64,000 bases of DNA, from positions 1 through 64,000 of IMG/VR virus record IMGVR_UViG_3300010389_000007. One strand, 5' to 3'. The stretch comes from a virus. The notes beneath the pieces are model-generated. The model saw only the letters and a list, made by a program, of their open reading frames with translations. It did not search any database and was not told the DNA's origin. The translations under genes were made by a program, and so were the position numbers. Shown here one piece after another: positions 26,197 through 35,100 of this stretch. Position 1 is the stretch's first letter; the number at the start of each line of letters is the position of its first letter.

Positions 26197-27281
26197 TGCT
26201 GCTGAAACTCAGCATCAATTTTATCATACAATTCCACAAAAGTGGACTTTGTTTCATCATCAAAACGATTCAGGCAGACCTTGAGTGCCTTATCTTTCTT
26301 GCCAAAGATAGAATATGCCTTGATGATATGAACAAGACGACGAGTAGAGATCACTTCATCAATACCACCATCATCAAAGGTTTTGCGAATAATCTCAGAC
26401 CAAGTGCACAGATGCTTGATAAAATCTGTGTGCTCACGAATCATAGGAATACTGAGAGATTCTGCAACCTTAGTGAGAATCTTAGTCTCTACAGTAATGG
26501 TAGGATACTCCTGTTCAAAGGTGATAGGGAACCTCTCAAGAAATGCCTCATTGAGCACATTAGTGCCAATGAAACGTCCATCATCAGAACCCTTACCTTT
26601 GGTGTTAGCAGTAGCAAACACATTGAATCCTGCCTTAGGAACAATATGCTTACCAATCTTCTTCAAGAAGACACCTTTACCCTCAAGAATAGACTGAAGA
26701 CACATGATCTTATTGGATGCAAGATCAATCTCATCAAGCAGAAGAATTGCACCCCTTTCCATTGCCTCAACAACAGGACCATTGTGCCATACAGTTTCAC
26801 CATTAACTAGACGAAAACCACCAATGAGATCATCTTCATCAGTTTCAATAGTGATATTGACACGAATCAATTCACGACCAAGTTGTGCACAAGCCTGCTC
26901 AACTCCAAAGGTTTTACCATTACCACTGAGACCAGTAATAAAGGAAGGATAAAATAAACCAGAGGATACAACTTTCTTAATATCACTAAAGTTACCAAAG
27001 TTGACGAAGGTATCATCTTTAACAGGGATTAGATTTTGTTGAACAGGTGCAATAGTTTGAACAGTGTCCACACCTTCAGCAGCAGGAGCATTATAGGTTT
27101 CTTCCAGTTCTTTCACAGTTGCCTCAAGATTCCATTTACCACGACCAACTTTGTAAGTTTGAAGATACTTACTTGCAGTTGCATAAGAAGTATTAAGTTG
27201 ATCTGCTACAGTACGAACTGCTTGAGTATCAACCTCAACACCAAATTGTTCTTTGAGTAGGTTGACAATCTGTTCTTGCAT
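26184..27281 (-). CDS. cobS: CobS/MoxR-like AAA+ ATPase
   Basis: Walker A GLSGNGKT, Walker B LLLDEID, TANTKGKGSDDGRFIGTNVLNEAFLERF; start reassigned to MQEQ (27281) below its own early promoter. Confidence 0.92.
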   Translation of the reverse strand: MQEQIVNLLKEQFGVEVDTQAVRTVADQLNTSYATASKYLQTYKVGRGKWNLEATVKELEETYNAPAAEGVDTVQTIAPVQQNLIPVKDDTFVNFGNFSDIKKVVSSGLFYPSFITGLSGNGKTFGVEQACAQLGRELIRVNITIETDEDDLIGGFRLVNGETVWHNGPVVEAMERGAILLLDEIDLASNKIMCLQSILEGKGVFLKKIGKHIVPKAGFNVFATANTKGKGSDDGRFIGTNVLNEAFLERFPITFEQEYPTITVETKILTKVAESLSIPMIREHTDFIKHLCTWSEIIRKTFDDGGIDEVISTRRLVHIIKAYSIFGKKDKALKVCLNRFDDETKSTFVELYDKIDAEFQQQEGE

Positions 27282-27363
27282 GTCTTTAACTTGATTACTT
27301 TGTAATAATACCATGGATGGAGGGAGAATGGGAGAAATAGTAGACAGTCCCCCAACTGTCACA

Positions 27364-29508
27364 CTAGGCAATAGTATCAATGAAGGAAGACAAAAGTTTC
27401 TTATTTGTTTTCTTTTTGCTCAGCATTTTAACAAATGCAGTCTTGATCTGTGCCTTAGATGCATCCTCAGGAACAACAAAATCCTCATCCTGTGCTAGAG
27501 CAGTGGAAGGAAGAATGTTGAACTGATCATAACCAGTTCCAGTGAAAGTGATGTACTGATTCTTCTTGAAAGTTTTCTTCACTGCCTCATAATCACCACT
27601 CTCTCTTCCATACCATTCATAGCAAGTTCTAAACTCCCTGCTAGGAACAATCCTGAAGTTGATAAAGTTCACTGTAGGAAACTTATCCTTCAAAGTAGAA
27701 AGAAGAACCTTAGAATACTGAGGGAAGTTGCCATAAGAATATGACTGATAGATTCTACCATTCTTCCTGTTACGAATAGTGGTGTTGTATGCTCTGGAAT
27801 AACCAATATACTCTTCACCAACATGATTCTTTCTCACCTTGGTAATAGAGTTGACATATCCCTCACCATCAGTAAGGAAGACTACATTAACTTTCTGAAG
27901 TTTGTTCTTCTTTTGGAAGTCAGGAATTAGAGAATGTAGGGTGAGCATGGTATCACCAAGAGGAGAACCAGAGAGATCAAGATGTCTGGGAGCAGCACCA
28001 TTACCATACTGAAATGACCAGCAACATGCCCAGATGTTCTTCATTTGCTCTTCTAATTGACGAGCATTTGATTTACTAGAGAAGAAATTCATCAGTCTGA
28101 AAGACTTTTCTGGAGCAACAATTCCTGCCATTCTGTCATACAAAGGAGGATGATCTGGTTGCACTTCAACATAAGAACTAGGATCAACAGTGAAAGCATA
28201 CACTTCAAAGGGAATGTTTGCTTTCTTACAGAACCAAATCAGGTTGTACATTTGCTTGCAGGTATCAAGAATCCAGCGTGCCATAGATCCAGACCAGTCA
28301 AGAATAAAGATCAATCCATGATTCTTACCATCAGGAACTACAGAAATCTTCTTGAACAGATCCTCATTGTACTTGTAAGTATGCAGTTTGCTGGTATCAA
28401 GAACACCAGTGCGTGCAGTGCTAGAACGAGCATACTGATCTGCTGACTTCTTACACTCAAACTCTTTCATCAAGTAAGAAACTTCTTTCTCAGCAGACTT
28501 CTTATACTTAACATACTCAGAAATGACTTGAGTATGCCATTCTTTTACCCAAGAAGAAGAGTTGGCATAGTATTCCTTAGTTGCATTATGGATATACTCA
28601 TTAGGAACAATTACATTCTCAAGTTTAATCTCAGGTAATTCAGCATAGACAGTTTCTTCGCCAAACTTGTTAGTCAGTTCTTCTGCCTTCTCTTCAAATG
28701 ATTGGGCAGTCTTTGACTCAAACTCACCATGTTCTTTGCTTGGTTCACTACCACCACCAGAGGGAATCTCTTGTTCCATAGTGGTTTCACTTTCATTGTT
28801 ATCGCCAACAGAAGATTGCTCATTGGCATTAACTTCTTCATTGGCATTGTCGTTGGTGTTTTCACTAGCACCTTGCTGATTCTCAGGAAGTTCAACTTCT
28901 TCACCACCAACTTGACCCTGATCCTGAGAAATATCAGGCATTTCACTCAGTTTCTTTTTCTTGTAGTTGAGGAAATCAACAATCTCCTGAGAGATCTTGA
29001 GAACTTCTTGGAAGGTTTCAACTGCACTAATGCGAGTCACAAAATCATCCTCAGCATCAGAGAATGCAATGTTATGGAATGCACCAATCTTAAAGTACAG
29101 ATTGATACGATCAATGAATGAAAGTTCATCTAGATTCTCATCCTTAGTGGAAAAGAAATCATCAGTATTCAGTTCATTGTAACCATGATAAAAAGTTTTA
29201 GATAGACCAGGATATTTCTTCTTCATTAGACGCTCTACACGAACATCTTCAATCACATTAACAAAATCTTTAGGTACATTAGGATATTCTTCACGCCAAT
29301 CAATGTTATCTGTAAAGATAGCATGACCTACCTCATGACCCACCAGAAGGTCATAAACAGTGGCAGATGCCCTATCCCACATAGGAAGAGTTAGAACCCT
29401 CCTATCAACATCGAAAGAGGCAGTAGAGACCTTTTTATGCTCAACGATAAGGTTCTCTGTTGCCAGACACTTAGCAAGGGATCCTTTTACTTCTAAATTG
29501 ACTGGCAT
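27364..29508 (-). CDS. Metallopeptidase + VWA domain protein (CobT-like partner of CobS)
   Basis: HEVGH zinc motif, NVIEDVRVE; MIDAS LDWSGSM and LTDGE. Confidence 0.88.
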   Translation of the reverse strand: MPVNLEVKGSLAKCLATENLIVEHKKVSTASFDVDRRVLTLPMWDRASATVYDLLVGHEVGHAIFTDNIDWREEYPNVPKDFVNVIEDVRVERLMKKKYPGLSKTFYHGYNELNTDDFFSTKDENLDELSFIDRINLYFKIGAFHNIAFSDAEDDFVTRISAVETFQEVLKISQEIVDFLNYKKKKLSEMPDISQDQGQVGGEEVELPENQQGASENTNDNANEEVNANEQSSVGDNNESETTMEQEIPSGGGSEPSKEHGEFESKTAQSFEEKAEELTNKFGEETVYAELPEIKLENVIVPNEYIHNATKEYYANSSSWVKEWHTQVISEYVKYKKSAEKEVSYLMKEFECKKSADQYARSSTARTGVLDTSKLHTYKYNEDLFKKISVVPDGKNHGLIFILDWSGSMARWILDTCKQMYNLIWFCKKANIPFEVYAFTVDPSSYVEVQPDHPPLYDRMAGIVAPEKSFRLMNFFSSKSNARQLEEQMKNIWACCWSFQYGNGAAPRHLDLSGSPLGDTMLTLHSLIPDFQKKNKLQKVNVVFLTDGEGYVNSITKVRKNHVGEEYIGYSRAYNTTIRNRKNGRIYQSYSYGNFPQYSKVLLSTLKDKFPTVNFINFRIVPSREFRTCYEWYGRESGDYEAVKKTFKKNQYITFTGTGYDQFNILPSTALAQDEDFVVPEDASKAQIKTAFVKMLSKKKTNKKLLSSFIDTIA

Positions 29509-29645
29509 GTGCTTTCTTAACTGTCCTTACAGGATAGCATGAAAAAGGGGGGTCACCACTCCCCCCTAGTACACTAATTAAACTGTCCACCACCAAGGAC
29601 AGGTCTTTGGATCTCAAAGCTACAAAGAATCCTCAAGACTTTTAT

Positions 29646-29704
29646 ATAGTATCATGACTGAATATAAATGTCAAGTTGACAGAAACTTAAACTATGAGTA
29701 GGAT
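29646..29704. promoter_or_regulatory. Back-to-back sigma70 promoters
   Basis: TGTCAA-G-TTGACA; minus: TTGACA-17-TACTAT; plus: TTGACA-17-TAGGAT. Confidence 0.65.
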
Positions 29705-29741
29705 AACTCTGTCAGGTTTCAAGATAATACTATTTAAAAAC

Positions 29742-30125
29742 TTAATCTCCAATAAACATTATTAATACTCTAGCGTGATCCGAAGCTCCAGAACCACTGG
29801 ACTTGGTCATAATGACAGCACTAGTTGAAGTGTCAGCATTTGTGCCTTGAGGAACAATGTTGGGCACTGAAGTTCCTGTACTGTAACCATCATCACCTGT
29901 CCCAGCATAAACATAGTTAGCATTAGAGAAAGCAGAGCTAAAATTGACTGTATATTGACCTCCTCCTCTGTCTGTAATACTAGAGACATTAGAACTGGCA
30001 TTAATTGTTACAGTTCCAGTGCCTTTGAACTGTACCCAGGCACTCACTTTACCTTCAATATTTATATCTACTGGAGTAGAAGCTCCAGCAGTATTTTCTA
30101 TAGTATTTACTCTTAAGGTACTCAT
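29742..30125 (-). CDS. Small tail-fibre-associated protein, paralog 3
   Basis: MSTLRVNTI...AWVQFKGTGTV...NVSSITD.G.G.YTVNF. Confidence 0.8.
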   Translation of the reverse strand: MSTLRVNTIENTAGASTPVDINIEGKVSAWVQFKGTGTVTINASSNVSSITDRGGGQYTVNFSSAFSNANYVYAGTGDDGYSTGTSVPNIVPQGTNADTSTSAVIMTKSSGSGASDHARVLIMFIGD

Positions 30126-30168
30126 TCTAAATTTCTCCTATTTGATTTAAATACTATGGGTTAGTTAA

Positions 30169-30540
30169 TTAGCGGAAAACTGCTGCAAAAACATAATCAC
30201 TGTTGCTGAAAGCGTTAGCTCTGGTTCTGACTTCTAGCCTAAATCCACCAGTTCCAACAAAAGCATTTGAAAGATCTCCAGCTGCTCCACTATAATTGTT
30301 TGGATTTGCTCCACAAACAGCAACATAACTTGAATCAGAAAAAGCAGTGCTAAAATTGACTGTATATAGACCAGTACCATTATCTGTAATGCTGCTCACG
30401 TTGTTACTAGAGCGAATTGCAACAGTTCCAGTGCCATTGAAGTTCACCCATGCTTTTGCAATTCCATTTGAAATTTGAGCTGGAGTAAGACCGTTGTTCC
30501 CAGCAGCATCTTGTAATGTGTTTACTCTTAGTGTGCTCAT
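30169..30540 (-). CDS. Small tail-fibre-associated protein, paralog 2
   Basis: MSTLRVNTL...AKAWVNFNGTGTVAIRSSNNVSSITDNGTG. Confidence 0.8.
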   Translation of the reverse strand: MSTLRVNTLQDAAGNNGLTPAQISNGIAKAWVNFNGTGTVAIRSSNNVSSITDNGTGLYTVNFSTAFSDSSYVAVCGANPNNYSGAAGDLSNAFVGTGGFRLEVRTRANAFSNSDYVFAAVFR

Positions 30541-30575
30541 AGTATTTCCTGTTTATTTTGTTTGGATGTCTGGAA

Positions 30576-30989
30576 TCAGTTGAATGCAGCAGCAGTAACC
30601 CACTCATGATCAACGTTGCTTCCACTAGAATTAGTAGCTCTAAGCGAGATAGATCCTACAGCGGGAGTATTAACTCCCTGTCCACCAAATTGATCACTAT
30701 CATGTTGAACATATCCAGAACTAGTTTGTCCACCAGTCCCACAAACTAAACTGCAGTAATTAACATTTGGAAAATTATTAGCCCAGTTTACTCTATAATG
30801 TCCTGTTCCAACATCAGTAATACTAGAAACATTAAACGATCCATTAATAGAAATAGCACCAGTACCATTAAATCTAACCCATGCACGACATAAGGTTCCA
30901 TTTTGAGTTCCACTTCCATCAGTGAACTGAACTACATTATTAAAACCAGATGTAATGTGTTGAACTGTATTGACCTTAAGTGTGCTCAT
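30576..30989 (-). CDS. Small tail-fibre-associated protein, paralog 1
   Basis: MSTLKVNTV...CRAWVRFNGTG...FNVSSITDVGTG. Confidence 0.8.
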   Translation of the reverse strand: MSTLKVNTVQHITSGFNNVVQFTDGSGTQNGTLCRAWVRFNGTGAISINGSFNVSSITDVGTGHYRVNWANNFPNVNYCSLVCGTGGQTSSGYVQHDSDQFGGQGVNTPAVGSISLRATNSSGSNVDHEWVTAAAFN

Positions 30990-30992
30990 ATC

Positions 30993-31277
30993 TTATACCA
31001 GTGGGTTTTCTCCAAGGACATTAGCATCCCATACTGCCTTGAGTTCATTAGTCACTCCAGTAACATCAGTAGAAGTAATGCTAGTATTATCAACGATACC
31101 AGTAGCATCTCTGAGTGCCTGCTTGCGTGTAGCAGATGCTGCTTGAGCAGTTGAGTCTGCTGCTTCAACAGCTCTCATGAAGGTTACATCTTCTGCTTGA
31201 AGCAGTGGGTTGCGAACCTCACGAATCTTATCCTTATGGATTGCTTTTGCTTTATCTACATTAATTCCAATAGGCAT
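30993..31277 (-). CDS. Tail-fibre assembly chaperone-like protein
   Basis: INVDKAKAIHKDKIREVRNPLL...FMRA.E...KQALRDAT. Confidence 0.7.
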   Translation of the reverse strand: MPIGINVDKAKAIHKDKIREVRNPLLQAEDVTFMRAVEAADSTAQAASATRKQALRDATGIVDNTSITSTDVTGVTNELKAVWDANVLGENPLV

Positions 31278-31290
31278 TGTTTAAATCTCC

Positions 31291-31488
31291 TTAATTAAAA
31301 GTCCAAGCATCTCTGTAAGTTCTATCTGAAGGAACTTCAGATACATCAATAACTTGATAAGGTTTTCCTGGAGGAAGATCTCTCAGCAACCTTTCAAGAG
31401 ATGGGCATTCTGGTGAAGGTACAATAATACTAACTCCACCGTCATCATTGGGATAAATTACCCTTGTATTTGGATTTAGTTCAGACAT
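31291..31488 (-). CDS. Hypothetical protein (tail-fibre assembly associated)
   Basis: IYPNDDGGVSIIVP...PSDRTYRDAW. Confidence 0.7.
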   Translation of the reverse strand: MSELNPNTRVIYPNDDGGVSIIVPSPECPSLERLLRDLPPGKPYQVIDVSEVPSDRTYRDAWTFN

Positions 31489-31510
31489 GATTTTAAAATT
31501 TTTGTACTTT

Positions 31511-31518
31511 TATTTATA
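31511..31518 (-). promoter_or_regulatory. T4-type late promoter
   Basis: TATAAATA on minus strand. Confidence 0.7.
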
Positions 31519-31687
31519 CAACAGTCCAGTTGGCACCAGAGTTAACTGTAACTGTGACACCACTATTTATAGTAATTGGGCCAACACTCATATAGTTGGT
31601 TCCATTAGAGAGTGTAGTGTTTCCTGTTACTTGTTGACTAGATTCAAAAAAAACTCCTCCACTACCTCCCCCTATAGTTTGTGACAT
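31514..31687 (-). CDS. 57-aa stand-alone fibre C-terminal module, not in ORF track
   Basis: MSQTIGGGSGGVFFESSQQVTGNTTLSNGTNYMSVGPITINSGVTVTVNSGANWTVV; similar to the C-terminus of 45869..48604. Confidence 0.8.
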   Translation of the reverse strand: MSQTIGGGSGGVFFESSQQVTGNTTLSNGTNYMSVGPITINSGVTVTVNSGANWTVV

Positions 31688-32110
31688 TTAGACCTCCTGT
31701 GCTCCAGAATAGTATTCTGTAGATTTCAAATGATTGTATGCCTGAGTCAGAATTGAATCTGAACTATTGGGATCAATCATAAATTTAATCTCATAAGATT
31801 CTCCTTCAGTTACAATCCCATCAGGAATTTGTTCACGAACAGTATCACCAAATTTACCAACAAATTTTCTACCATTTGATCTTGCTTCTGCAGAGGCAAA
31901 CACAGTTACCTCAATAGATCCAACATATCCTGCTCTCCAATAGACCTCAGGACCCCTATCTCCAACAGTTAATCCATCTTCTCTAGAAGAATCTGGAGGT
32001 GGAGCGATGTCCTGAAGTCTTTTCTCAGTTCTGACGTTAGTGACAAGATGATAGGCATTATCTACCACTACGCCAGTTCCAGGAATTTCAAAATCTCTCA
32101 GTAATGCCAT
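31688..32110 (-). CDS. Hypothetical virion-associated protein
   Basis: 140 aa ending QAYNHLKSTEYY; follows the S74 fibre gene. Confidence 0.75.
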   Translation of the reverse strand: MALLRDFEIPGTGVVVDNAYHLVTNVRTEKRLQDIAPPPDSSREDGLTVGDRGPEVYWRAGYVGSIEVTVFASAEARSNGRKFVGKFGDTVREQIPDGIVTEGESYEIKFMIDPNSSDSILTQAYNHLKSTEYYSGAQEV

Positions 32111-32111
32111 T

Positions 32112-35100
32112 TCACTCTCCTAATTTTTTCTTGAGTTCGTCAAGTTCTCTTCTCATAGTATTTATTATTTCATTCTGTTCTTTAACTGCTTCAATTAACA
32201 GTGCAGTTAAGTTTCCATACTCAACTGAATACTCATCAACGTCCTTAGCATGAGTGACAACTTCAGGTACAATTTGCTCAACTTCCTGAGCAATCAGACC
32301 CATCTTGATTCCTTCCTTACGGTTCTTAGCTTTTGTAAGATCCCATTCAAAAGTAACACCACGAAGTTTGAGAACCTTATCTAATGGACTCTCAATAGTT
32401 TCAATGTTCTTCTTGAGTCTGACATCAGATGCAGCAGTGATTGTGCCAGTTGCATATACATCACCACTAACATAAAGTTCATATGCAGATGATGTTGTAG
32501 ATCCAGTAATACCAACACAATTATCGCCATATGAATAGTAAACAGGCCATATTCCACCAGCAGAATAGTAAATTCCACCATTACCAGTGGCACTCTGAAA
32601 CATTAAATGTGGACCTCTTCCTGAATCAAATAAAAATCCAAAATATCCACCTCTATTGCCATCTACTTTCCATGCACCATAAGATGTAGTTTCATTTGCT
32701 CTAAGGTCAGCATCATTAGTTGACTCATAAATTCCTTCATCAACTCTCAGTCTTTTGTAAGAATAGTTGTTGTTAGAAGTTCCATTGATCTGGAATCTAG
32801 CAGTGAGACTGTTATAGTCGTCCATGAACCTATAACCACCATAATTAGAATTAGCACCAAAACTAATACCAGTATGGAAGTTAATTCTCAGATCTGGATA
32901 TGGAGAATTCCATGTACCATCTTCTTGGAAAATATCATAGGCATATGAACTAATTGAAAGGTTAGAATCACCACCAACATTCCTAGGTTTTAGAGTTCTA
33001 TAAAGAAGTCTAGTTCCATCATAAGTGAGATTAGCAGCACCAGCAGGTGAACCATTGTTATTATAGATTAATTGTGTATCTGATCCTGCTACTGGACCAG
33101 GAATACCTTGGAATCCTTGAGCACCCTGACGACCTTGAGCACCTTGAGCACCAGCAGATCCTTGTCTACCTTGAGCACCTTGAGCACCTGCTGTACCCTG
33201 TCTACCTTGAGCACCTTGAGCACCTGTTGCACCTTGAGGACCTCTAGGTCCAGCAGATCCTTGTCTACCTTGTGCACCTTGTGCACCTGCTGATCCCTGT
33301 CTTCCTTGAGCACCCTGAGCACCTACAGCACCTTGTCTACCTTGAGCACCTTGAGCACCAGCAGCACCCTGGGCTCCAGCAGCACCTTGAGCACCTGCTG
33401 TACCTTGTCTTCCTTGAGCACCCTGAACTCCAGCAGCACCTTGGAAACCTTGGAATCCTTGTGCACCAACTGATCCCATAGGACCAAATACTATAGTATA
33501 AACTCCAGTAGTGGTGTTTATTGATGATGAAACATGAAGTCCACCAGAGTGAGTAATAGATCTACTTCTTTGGAGAACACCATCCTTATAATACTTTACA
33601 GTTGATCCATCATAAGTTATTGAGAAAATAGTTGAAGTGGTATATGAACCATAAGTTCCAATATTGGATCCATTCTCATAAATTCTTGCTGTTCCAGCAT
33701 TCACATACCAAGCATAATCAAGTGTTGTATATGATGTAGATGCTGTTGGATCAGCAGTCAATGCAATCATTCCAACGCCACTAGTATTATTAACTTGGAA
33801 TGCCATGTATGCATATTCATACTCTTCTGCAGAGTAAACCCTTGCATTCCATCCACTACCAGATGTTCTTTGGAATTGATTTGGTCCAGTTTGAGTTACT
33901 GTTGACAATACTGGTGTCCAAGAACCTCCTCCAAGTTGTCCTTGAGCACCCTGAGCACCACCAGATCCTTGAACTCCAGAATTTCCTTGAGCACCTTGTC
34001 TACCTTGTGCACCTTGAGCACCAGCAGCACCTTGAGCACCTGCTGCACCTTGTCTACCTTGGGCACCCTGAACTCCAGCAGCACCTTGTCTGCCTTGAGC
34101 ACCTTGAGCTCCAGCAGCACCTTGTCTACCTTGAGCGCCCTGAGGTCCAATTGCACCTTGAGCACCTGTAGTTCCAGAAGCACCCTGAGCACCAGCAGCA
34201 CCTTGAGCACCTGCTGCACCTTGTCTACCTTGAGCACCTTGTCTGCCCTGATATCCTTGTGCACCTTGTACACCTTGATTTCCTGTGGCACCTTGAACGC
34301 CTTGATTTCCTTGTGCACCTTGAGGTCCAATAGCACCTTGAGCACCTGTAGTTCCAGAAGCACCTTGAGCACCCTCTACACCAGGAGATCCTTGTCTACC
34401 TTGAGCACCTTGAGCACCTGCTGCACCTTGAACCCCTTGGTATCCTTGAGCACCTTGTCTACCTTGGTGTCCTTGAGCACCTTGTCTACCTTGAGCACCT
34501 TGGACACCTGCAATTCCCTGTGGTCCTATGGATCCTTGAGCACCTACAGAACCTTGTCTACCTTGAGCACCTTGTCTACCTTGGGCACCTTGAGCACCTG
34601 TAGATCCTTGTCTACCTTGTGCTCCTTGTATTCCTTGAGCACCCTGAGCACCTGTAGATCCTTGAACACCTTGAGCACCTTGAACACCTTGAGAACCCTG
34701 AACACCTTGAGCACCTTGTCTACCTTGTGCTCCTTGTACTCCCTGTGCACCCTGAGGTCCAATTGCACCTTGAGCACCAGCAGATCCTTGTCTACCTTGA
34801 GCACCTTGAGCACCTACAGCACCTTGTCTGCCTTGAGCACCTTGAACTCCTTGAGCACCCTGAGCACCTGTAGATCCTTGAACACCTTGAGCACCCTGAA
34901 CACCTTGAGTACCTTGAGCACCTACAGCACCTTGTCTACCTTGAGCCCCTTGTCTACCCTGTGCACCTTGAGGTCCAATAGCACCTTGAGCACCTACAGC
35001 ACCTTGTCTGCCTTGAGCACCTTGAGCACCTACAGATCCTTGTCTACCCTGAGAACCCTGAATACCTTGTGCACCCTGGGCACCTACAGCACCTTGTCTA

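Noticed and set aside
26184-29508. Cobalamin biosynthesis function for cobS/cobT-like genes
   Set aside because: The pair fits a MoxR AAA+/VWA chaperone module common in T4-like phages; no cobN or other cob genes present
29742-30989. Diversity-generating retroelement or shufflon acting on the three paralogs
   Set aside because: No reverse transcriptase, template repeat, invertase or inverted sites seen; divergence is not adenine-specific
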